Source: a virus (Duplodnaviria > Caudoviricetes). Taken from it: a DNA stretch of 60,825 bases. The position numbers and the translations under genes are program-made. This document shows positions 30,103-37,428 of the stretch, one piece after another (the first letter of the stretch is position 1; each line of letters opens with the position of its first letter). The stretch lies in IMG/VR virus record IMGVR_UViG_3300033142_000461, positions 1 to 60,825 of that record; one strand, written 5' to 3'. Below the pieces are notes generated by a model, which saw nothing but the letters and a program-made list of their open reading frames with translations, searched no databases and had not been told where the DNA came from.

Positions 30103-31332
30103 ATGTCTAAACAAAGAGTTACAGAGCAAGAGTTTGTTGATTTGATCGTCAGCGCTACTGGTCGTACCGATTTTGGTCGTGGTGAGGTTCAACAGTTCGC
30201 TCGCGACAATAACGTTTCACTGCCTTGTATCATTGACCGCGCTGACGGTCCTTACGCTCAGGGCGAGAAGGGACGCCGAAATTTCGGCGATGTAGATAAT
30301 GTTGTCTCTATGCCTGCCGCATCGACTCCTGCGACTCCTGCGACTGTCCCTGCTGCAAATGAGGCGCCTGTACCAGTTGCAGCTGCGAAACCCGCACTTT
30401 CCCTGCGTCAAGCAGAGAATTCTAATAAGATTGTAGTTCCCCACAAAGATCCTCTGTATGTTCCTTTTGGTGAGTATTCAGATATCATCAAAGTGATGCG
30501 CTCAAAACAGTTCTTCCCTATTTTTGTTACTGGTCTATCTGGTAATGGTAAAACTATGGGTATCACCCAAGCGGCCGCAAAACTTAATCGTCCTCTTGTC
30601 CGTGTTAACTTTACTGTTGAGACTGATGAAGACGACCTGATTGGTGGTTTCCGTTTGATTGACGGCGACACTGTGTTTGTCTATGGTCCTGTGATTGAGG
30701 CGATGAAACAAGGCGCTATCTGTGTTCTTGATGAGGTCGACCTTGGCGGTGACGCTGTGATGTGTATGCAATCAATCATGGAAGGTTCTGGTTACTACAT
30801 CAAAAAGACCGGCGAGTATATCGAACCTAAAGAAGGTTTCAATATCATCGCTACCGCGAACACCAAGGGTCAAGGCGACTCGACAGGTAAGTTTGTCAAT
30901 GCTCGTGTTATGAATGAGGCATTCCTTGAACGTTTCCCACTGTGGATTGAACAAGAATATCCTTCAAAGTCTGTAGAAAAGAAGATTCTTGGTAACGTGC
31001 TCAAGTCTAAAATGACTCCAACTACCGAGTCAACTGATTTTATCGACTCGCTTGTTACTTGGGCAGATAGTATTCGTACTGCTTTCTTCGCTGAAGGTTC
31101 TGATATGGACGATGTTATCACTACTCGCCGTCTTGTAATGATTATCACTGCTTACACCATCTTTAATGATAAACTCAAGTCAGTTCAGAAAGCTGTGAAT
31201 CGTTTCGATAGTGATGTTGCCGAGACAATGATGAATTGGTACAAAATTGCTTCTGATGATGTTGAGAGTGCTACTGTTCCAGATGAAGATGCTGGTGACA
31301 ATGGCGAACCATGGAAATCTCCTAACTTCTAA
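30103..31332 (+). CDS. MoxR/CobS-like AAA+ ATPase
   Basis: GLSGNGKT, ETDEDDLIGG, LDEVD, ATANTKG, NEAFLERF, TRRL. Confidence 0.92.
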   Translation: MSKQRVTEQEFVDLIVSATGRTDFGRGEVQQFARDNNVSLPCIIDRADGPYAQGEKGRRNFGDVDNVVSMPAASTPATPATVPAANEAPVPVAAAKPALSLRQAENSNKIVVPHKDPLYVPFGEYSDIIKVMRSKQFFPIFVTGLSGNGKTMGITQAAAKLNRPLVRVNFTVETDEDDLIGGFRLIDGDTVFVYGPVIEAMKQGAICVLDEVDLGGDAVMCMQSIMEGSGYYIKKTGEYIEPKEGFNIIATANTKGQGDSTGKFVNARVMNEAFLERFPLWIEQEYPSKSVEKKILGNVLKSKMTPTTESTDFIDSLVTWADSIRTAFFAEGSDMDDVITTRRLVMIITAYTIFNDKLKSVQKAVNRFDSDVAETMMNWYKIASDDVESATVPDEDAGDNGEPWKSPNF

Positions 31333-31381
31333 ATAACATAGACACGGTCCTTACCCTCTCTCTCTCAATTAGGGCCGTGTC
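31329..31381 (+). ncRNA. Candidate late antisense hairpin RNA 1
   Basis: CTAAATA, then 11-bp stem GACACGGTCCT/AGGGCCGTGTC with loop containing CTCTCTCTCTCAATT. Confidence 0.55.
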
Positions 31382-31426
31382 GATAATTTAAACAAATGAG
31401 AGAACAACAAAGGAAATATAGATAGT

Positions 31427-31657
31427 ATGAAAATTGAAGTGAATGAAAATGGTTATTGGTTGGGATTTTGGTTTATTATGTTGACCGCGTTTCTCGGTAC
31501 AATCGGATATGGAACATCATATTGGAAAGATTACAATACAAAGATGGTCACGATGATTGTTGAGAATGGAGTTGACCCAATCGCTGCTAATTGTGCAATG
31601 CAAGATGATTATGGAGATAATCCTTCTTGTATCATTATCGCCAACAAAGCTAAATAA
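31427..31657 (+). CDS. Small membrane-anchored protein
   Basis: One TM segment; AAGGA RBS-like element upstream. Confidence 0.6.
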   Translation: MKIEVNENGYWLGFWFIMLTAFLGTIGYGTSYWKDYNTKMVTMIVENGVDPIAANCAMQDDYGDNPSCIIIANKAK

Positions 31658-31767
31658 AAACACTGTCAACCTTGTGACATCTCTCTCAATTTAAAGCAAG
31701 GTTGACCAACGGGGTCCTTCGGGACCTCGCAGTTTCTAAAGAGAAGACTTCGGTCTTCTCTTTTTTT
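31650..31767 (+). ncRNA. Candidate late antisense sRNA 2 with own terminator
   Basis: CTAAATA; 10-bp stem GTCAACCTTG/CAAGGTTGAC with loop containing CTCTCTCAATTT; UUCG hairpin 31710-31729; terminator. Confidence 0.6.
31738..31767 (+). terminator. Rho-independent terminator
   Basis: AAAGAGAAGAC-TTCG-GTCTTCTCTTTTTTT. Confidence 0.9.
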
Positions 31768-31789
31768 ATATGATACCGTATAAAATGTA

Positions 31790-31818
31790 TTGACACCGAC
31801 ATCAATATAGGTTATACT
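31790..31818 (+). promoter_or_regulatory. Sigma70 promoter for the clamp/clamp-loader operon
   Basis: TTGACA-N17-TATACT. Confidence 0.8.
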
Positions 31819-31851
31819 GGTTAAACAATTTTACATAATGAAGGATAAAAT

Positions 31852-32547
31852 ATGAACCTAAGTAAAGATACAGTAGCGATTTTAAAGAACTTCGCAGCAA
31901 TCAACGGGAACTTTTTCTCTCCTGGTGACACCAAAGAGATTAAGACCTGGACAATCAAGAAGAACATTTTCGCTAAGGCCAATCTTGACGAAGCAATTCC
32001 ATCCGAGTTACCCATCTATGACCTCAATGAGTTACTATCTGTTGTGGACTTCTACAAAGACGGGGCAAACACTCTAATCGACCTCAAAGATACCTATGCG
32101 GTAATCTCTGACGGCGGCACCAGCAAAATCAAATACGCATATACCGAGAAAGAATTACTTTCGTATCCTGACAAAGACCTTGTTATCGATGATTACAATG
32201 TATCATTCGACCTGACCAAAGATGACATCTCTGGTATCATGAAGGCTGCATCTGTACTTGGCGCACCTGATATTCAAATCAAAAACAATGATGGTTCAAT
32301 CGATGTTATTGTTTACGACAAGAAAGTTCCGAACGGTTCAACTTATGAAATGAATCTTGGTGATGTTGATGCTGGCTTTCAGTTTGAGTTGCAGTTGAAG
32401 ATTGAGAACTTGAAGATTATGACTGACAAGGATTATACTCTTTCTATTGCCGACGGCAAACCTCTTATCTTCCTTAAATCTAAGGACGATGTTATCGAAT
32501 ATTTCATTGCTATTGAAAGGGATTCTGTACTCGGTTCTGGAGAGTAA
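31852..32547 (+). CDS. gp45: Sliding clamp gp45
   Basis: LSKDT.AILKNFAAIN, IYDLNELL, YFIAIE. Confidence 0.95.
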   Translation: MNLSKDTVAILKNFAAINGNFFSPGDTKEIKTWTIKKNIFAKANLDEAIPSELPIYDLNELLSVVDFYKDGANTLIDLKDTYAVISDGGTSKIKYAYTEKELLSYPDKDLVIDDYNVSFDLTKDDISGIMKAASVLGAPDIQIKNNDGSIDVIVYDKKVPNGSTYEMNLGDVDAGFQFELQLKIENLKIMTDKDYTLSIADGKPLIFLKSKDDVIEYFIAIERDSVLGSGE

Positions 32548-32550
32548 TAC

Positions 32551-33510
32551 GTGAAAGAAATCAATGAAAAGCATAAAATATGGATTGAGAAATATCGTCC
32601 AAATTCCATTGATGATGTTATACTTCCTGAATCTCAAAAGACGATGTTCAGGAAGTTCGTTGAAGACGGAGACTTCCCTAATCTATTATTGTCTGGCGGT
32701 CCTGGTACCGGTAAGACAACCATGGCCAAGGCGATGTGTAATGAGTTAGGATGGGACTACATCATTCTCAACGGTTCTGAGTCGAGCGAATCGGGTATCG
32801 ATGCCATACGAAACATGGTGGTGCCATTCGCTACATCTATGTCGCTTGATAATCCAAACTCAATGAAGGTCATCATCATCGATGAGGCCGACTATCTGAA
32901 TCCACAGTTTGTACAACCTGCGCTTAGAAACATCTTTGATAATCTTATGGGTTCAGCCAGATTCATTCTGACTTGTAACTACCCACACAAGATTATTGCA
33001 CCTCTTCGCGAATCTCGTTTAACCAATATCGAGTTTAAAGTTGGTGCAAAAGATGCTCCATTAATGATGGCGCAGTTGATGAAACGTGTTCAATTCATTT
33101 TGAAGAATGAGAATGTTGAATTTGATAACGGTGTTATTGCTGAGTTTATCAAACGAAACTTTCCAGACAACAGAAAGATTATCAACGACCTTCAACGATT
33201 CTCCACTACTGGTGAAATTGGTAGTTCAATCTTTAATGAAACCTCGGAGACATATGACGACCTTATTAGTTACTTGAAAGGTAATCAGTTTGGAGATATG
33301 CGAAAGTGGGTGTCTGAGAATTCACCTGATTTGACCGAACTGAATCGTTACATCTATATGAAAGGTGTCTCTATTATGGAACCGTCTTCGGTACCACAGT
33401 CGATTCTTATCATGAATGAATACTCATACAAGTCTGCCTTTGTTGCTGACCAAGAAATCAATACTGTTGCAATGTTGACAGAGATAATGTCTAACGTGGT
33501 GTGGAAATAA
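32551..33510 (+). CDS. gp44: Clamp loader ATPase subunit gp44
   Basis: WIEKYRP, GPGTGKTT, IIDEADYL, FILTCN. Confidence 0.97.
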   Translation: MKEINEKHKIWIEKYRPNSIDDVILPESQKTMFRKFVEDGDFPNLLLSGGPGTGKTTMAKAMCNELGWDYIILNGSESSESGIDAIRNMVVPFATSMSLDNPNSMKVIIIDEADYLNPQFVQPALRNIFDNLMGSARFILTCNYPHKIIAPLRESRLTNIEFKVGAKDAPLMMAQLMKRVQFILKNENVEFDNGVIAEFIKRNFPDNRKIINDLQRFSTTGEIGSSIFNETSETYDDLISYLKGNQFGDMRKWVSENSPDLTELNRYIYMKGVSIMEPSSVPQSILIMNEYSYKSAFVADQEINTVAMLTEIMSNVVWK

Positions 33511-33511
33511 T

Positions 33512-33847
33512 ATGAACGAATATAAACTTATAACCGATGATTTATTATTGGTAAATAAAATACTTTCAGAATCGGAAGGATTGAATGTATATTTTATGAA
33601 TGGTCCTGTTTGTCTGTCTGTTGATAATAAACCGATAGCGGCACAGACAATATTAATTCCTATATTAGAAGAACAGAATAATAATGAATTTATAACTGAA
33701 CAAATAATTGATGTTATTCACAAAGTTCTTGATGGTGATGATGTTAATTCTATCTATCTGTATTCTTATCAAACGATGTGTCATTTCAATACCGGTGATG
33801 CCGAGGTAAATTGCGGACTAAAGTTGAGATTTGGTATTGATGATTGA
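33512..33847 (+). CDS. Hypothetical protein
   Basis: AT-rich ORF inserted between gp44 and gp62. Confidence 0.5.
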   Translation: MNEYKLITDDLLLVNKILSESEGLNVYFMNGPVCLSVDNKPIAAQTILIPILEEQNNNEFITEQIIDVIHKVLDGDDVNSIYLYSYQTMCHFNTGDAEVNCGLKLRFGIDD

Positions 33848-34334
33848 ATTCGACCTGTTTGGTGATGAGATTGTAGAGGAAGAAACATTCGATGAAGAAG
33901 AATGGGCCGAAAACTACAAGAAACTACAAAAGAACAAATACTCACCATTTGATTTTGGTAATGACCTGTCATTCACCAAGAGAAACATCTTAGAGAGTGA
34001 GGGTTATTCGGAAGAGTGTGTAAAGAATCTAAAGAATAATCTCTTTATGATTAACCGTATATTCTCCCAATACCCAGACACAATTCTATGGGCAAATGAG
34101 ATGAATCAGGCTGGCGCCATTGACCCTATCGCTTTATACAACTTCTACTTCTATGGTATCAAAAGGAAGAAGAGGTTCGCTAAGTGGGGCAAACCTAAGA
34201 AACAGGAGAACATTGATGTTGTGATGGAGTTTCTTGGTTACTCAAGGCGCGCTGCTAGTATGGTAGTTGACTTGTACACAAAGGAAGACATTAAAGATAT
34301 GAAAAAACGACTGGACAAAGGTGGTAAAAAGTAA
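33840..34334 (+). CDS. gp62: Clamp loader small subunit gp62
   Basis: FMINR.FS...DTI..ANEMN, KRFAKW, GYS, KGG. Confidence 0.92.
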   Translation: MIEFDLFGDEIVEEETFDEEEWAENYKKLQKNKYSPFDFGNDLSFTKRNILESEGYSEECVKNLKNNLFMINRIFSQYPDTILWANEMNQAGAIDPIALYNFYFYGIKRKKRFAKWGKPKKQENIDVVMEFLGYSRRAASMVVDLYTKEDIKDMKKRLDKGGKK

Positions 34335-34370
34335 CATTTAATAAATAAGTTCCATATTATAATAACAAAA

Positions 34371-34811
34371 ATGATGGAACTTAATATGAATGGTAATATT
34401 CTTGAACAAGATGAATTTGTAGACTGGAACATTGATATGATGTTAGAGGTCTCCCTTCAAAAGGAAGACGACTTCTTAAAGATTATGGAAACACTAACCA
34501 GAATCGGCATACCAAACAACAGAACAAAGTCTCTATACCAATCCTGTCATATATTACATAAACGTGGTCGTTATTTTATTGTCCACTTCAAAGAGTTATA
34601 TGCCCTTGATTATCCTCAAGGCGAACATACCATCTCTGTTGAAGACATTGGACGAAGAACTACCATAGCACGTATGTTAAATGAATGGGGACTATTAAAG
34701 ATTGAAAATAGTCTCGACAACCACGACAGAACCAGATATAATGTCAAAGTAGTAAAATATTCTGACAAGAAGAACTGGGACCTAAAGCCGAAATATACGA
34801 TAGGTTCTTAA
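34371..34811 (+). CDS. regA: Translational repressor RegA
   Basis: DDFLKIMETLTRIGI, LYQSCHILHKRGRYFIVHFKEL, W.L.PKYTIG. Confidence 0.96.
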   Translation: MMELNMNGNILEQDEFVDWNIDMMLEVSLQKEDDFLKIMETLTRIGIPNNRTKSLYQSCHILHKRGRYFIVHFKELYALDYPQGEHTISVEDIGRRTTIARMLNEWGLLKIENSLDNHDRTRYNVKVVKYSDKKNWDLKPKYTIGS

Positions 34812-34841
34812 TTATGAAATAACTTGAGGCAAAACTATATA

Positions 34842-35375
34842 ATGAATAACACTGAATACTTGGAACAATCTGCTCGTACCGCGGCATCGTCACTACACCG
34901 CATCTTTGATGACCAGACTATTATTGGTACTCTTGAGAATGCTGTGAAGTATGGCCAAGAGGTTGACAAAATCAAGAAAGGTCTGTATTACGGAAAACAT
35001 TGTAACATCTCCACCGGAGATGATGGTACTGTACTTAATAATTCTATCGTTGATAACGTAGACATTGATATTCTACACGGCGTTCTTGGTGTCTTCACCG
35101 AGTCGGTAGAAATGATCGAAGCAGTACTCAAGACAATGGAACATCCACCAACACACGAAATGTATCAGAAGATGGACGATGTGAACATGGTCGAAGAGAT
35201 TGGTGATATGGAATGGTATCTCGCAATGTTGTATCGTTCACTTGAAACATATCCAGAAGTCGCAAAACAAATCAACATCGACAAACTCCGCGCAAGATAC
35301 CCCGGCAAGTTCACTACAGAAGACGCTATTAACCGAGACACCGATACCGAACGTACCATCTTAGAGAACGGATAA
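34842..35375 (+). CDS. MazG-like all-alpha NTP pyrophosphohydrolase
   Basis: LHGVLG..TE..E, EEIGD..WY, NIDKLRARYP. Confidence 0.85.
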   Translation: MNNTEYLEQSARTAASSLHRIFDDQTIIGTLENAVKYGQEVDKIKKGLYYGKHCNISTGDDGTVLNNSIVDNVDIDILHGVLGVFTESVEMIEAVLKTMEHPPTHEMYQKMDDVNMVEEIGDMEWYLAMLYRSLETYPEVAKQINIDKLRARYPGKFTTEDAINRDTDTERTILENG

Positions 35376-35698
35376 TGAGTTGGACATACATAGCAAGTCC
35401 TTACAGTCATGATGATGACGATATTGTTCTGTCAAGATTTAAAGCGGTAGAGAAGTTCACAGCAAAATGTTTGAGAAATAGACAATTTGTATATTCTCCG
35501 ATTGTACATTGTCATGAAATTGCCGCTGACGAAGAGTTGCCAAAAGATTTTGAATTTTGGGGTGGATATAATCGCGCAATGTTAGCGACCGCTTCTAAGA
35601 TGATTGTGTTGTGTCTTGATGGTTGGAAAGAAAGTGTTGGTGTGCAAGGCGAAATTGAATTTGCTGAACTATGTGGTATTGAAATAGAATATGTATGA
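35375..35698 (+). CDS. DUF1937-like protein (nucleoside deoxyribosyltransferase-like fold)
   Basis: YIASPYS, SPIVHCH, GWKESVGVQGEI. Confidence 0.75.
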   Translation: MSWTYIASPYSHDDDDIVLSRFKAVEKFTAKCLRNRQFVYSPIVHCHEIAADEELPKDFEFWGGYNRAMLATASKMIVLCLDGWKESVGVQGEIEFAELCGIEIEYV

Positions 35699-35972
35699 AC
35701 AATCAAAACTTGAATCAACTATAGAGACTTCTCTAAACATTGGTTCAGGTTTTATACTTGCTTATTCAACATGGTTATTCGTAATCATTCCATTGATAGA
35801 AAAAGGTTATCTTTCTATAGATGACTCCCTTATCATCACAAGTATCTTTACCGTTATAACATTTGTTCGTAGTTATTTCTGGAGAAGAATGTTCACAACC
35901 AAAAAGATTCATCTTATCGCTGAGTGGTTACAGGCCGAGTGGTACTATTTTAAAAAAGGAGGTTTTAAATGA
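35691..35972 (+). CDS. Small membrane protein
   Basis: QS.LES..E...NIGSG...RSYFWRRMF; two TM segments. Confidence 0.7.
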   Translation: MYEQSKLESTIETSLNIGSGFILAYSTWLFVIIPLIEKGYLSIDDSLIITSIFTVITFVRSYFWRRMFTTKKIHLIAEWLQAEWYYFKKGGFK

Positions 35973-36226
35973 ACGAATTACCAATTTTAGATTTGATAGG
36001 TTGGGTTGGATTTGCTGGCCTTGGATTGTTTTACTGGTTAGTAGGTTCTGGCAAAGTATTACAAGCATACATCTACGGAACAATCGGTGCCTTGGCATGG
36101 TTAGTTGTAGGCATTGCAACCCAATTTGGATATGCGTCAGAACTTCCATCTTTGATTACAATGGAGATTATGGTAGTGCTTATGAATATACGCGGTATTA
36201 TTAATTGGAGAAAAAGTTCAAAATGA
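35969..36226 (+). CDS. Small three-TM membrane protein
   Basis: Hydrophobic; C-terminal NIRGIINW. Confidence 0.65.
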   Translation: MNELPILDLIGWVGFAGLGLFYWLVGSGKVLQAYIYGTIGALAWLVVGIATQFGYASELPSLITMEIMVVLMNIRGIINWRKSSK

Positions 36227-36792
36227 AAGTAGTTGGAATATCTGGCAAAGCCAGAAGCGGAAAAGATACTGTCGCTGATTTGTTAATGGCAAAATATGCC
36301 GAACAGAGCGGCATCACTCACAAGTATTCATTTGCAGACCCAATAAAAAAGGCTTGTTCAGAATTGTTTGGTATCAATATTCAAATGTTCTATAGTGGTA
36401 ATAGAGAACTAATTTTACCAGAACACGGACTATCTATTCGTCAAATCATGCAACGATTCGGCACAGAATGTATGCGTGGTCATTTTGGTGAAGATTTTTG
36501 GATTAAGAAAGCGGAGTGTGAGTTCGAACGCATTAAAGAAATTTCTGAGAATGAACAATACGCACCGGTGAGTCTGATTGTTATACCAGATGTTCGATAC
36601 TGTAACGAGGCAGACTTGATACGTAAATACGGCACCATTATACACGTTGATAGAGATGATGTACCAGACGAAGTAGGAGACACAGGACATACCTCTGAGG
36701 TTGGTATTGCAAGACACATGGACGATATTATGATTGATAACAACGGAACTCTTGAGGATCTGATTGAGAAAGTGTATGATCTGGATCTATGA
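36223..36792 (+). CDS. Deoxynucleoside monophosphate kinase (T4 gp1-like)
   Basis: GISGKARSGKDT, FADPIK, RQIMQRFGTE, DVRY.NEA, H.SE, NNGT. Confidence 0.93.
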   Translation: MKVVGISGKARSGKDTVADLLMAKYAEQSGITHKYSFADPIKKACSELFGINIQMFYSGNRELILPEHGLSIRQIMQRFGTECMRGHFGEDFWIKKAECEFERIKEISENEQYAPVSLIVIPDVRYCNEADLIRKYGTIIHVDRDDVPDEVGDTGHTSEVGIARHMDDIMIDNNGTLEDLIEKVYDLDL

Positions 36793-37364
36793 ATTTAGAA
36801 ACGTACAAAATACATTGGTGCAGATTTTCAGATTATCACAAATTTTGTGACCAACTTGCTTTTTATGGTGGTTGTTACGGATTAGTATTTAATGAAAATA
36901 TGCCCGAATCATATCAATATCCTTATGAATTTGAGGAGTGTGTATATATAGGTGAATCAGCTGGACATTATATTGATAAACAACATGGTCATAATCAAAG
37001 ACCTAGAAGCCATATACATAAAAGGATGACCCAGCACCATAAACCACTAACAACTGGTGACAACGGTTCCGAATCGCATAATCGTATTATTGAAATGTAT
37101 GGTTATGGAGAAGATATGTTAAATGGAACATTAACAGATAAACCTTTATGGTTAGCATTAATTGTTCCTAATCCAGATTGGCATCAAGACGGATTTATGA
37201 AGACGTGGGTTATGTATGAAGAGTCTCGCCAAATCGCCGAATATATTATGAAGTGGGGCAAGACTCCTTTAGGAAATCTTGACAGAGATTCTAATAAAGA
37301 TCCATATAGTTATAGTTCACAAGAGTTATTACTTAATCAAAGTTTAGAAGAACTGTTTGTATAA
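36789..37364 (+). CDS. Hypothetical protein, possibly divergent GIY-YIG-like, with C-terminal clamp-binding-like motif
   Basis: GCYGL...VYIGES...KRM..H; ends SLEELFV. Confidence 0.45.
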   Translation: MNLETYKIHWCRFSDYHKFCDQLAFYGGCYGLVFNENMPESYQYPYEFEECVYIGESAGHYIDKQHGHNQRPRSHIHKRMTQHHKPLTTGDNGSESHNRIIEMYGYGEDMLNGTLTDKPLWLALIVPNPDWHQDGFMKTWVMYEESRQIAEYIMKWGKTPLGNLDRDSNKDPYSYSSQELLLNQSLEELFV

Positions 37365-37367
37365 GTC

Positions 37368-37397
37368 TTGACCTACACCCAACCGATGGTATATAAT
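37368..37397 (+). promoter_or_regulatory. Sigma70 promoter for gp43
   Basis: TTGACC-N18-TATAAT. Confidence 0.65.
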
Positions 37398-37428
37398 GTA
37401 CCATCGGTTTAAATTATGAGAACAATAA

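Noticed and set aside
30103-31332. Cobalamin biosynthesis (cobS/cobT) as an auxiliary metabolic function
   Set aside because: Only generic MoxR AAA and VWA motifs are present, with no cobN or other cob genes in the window.
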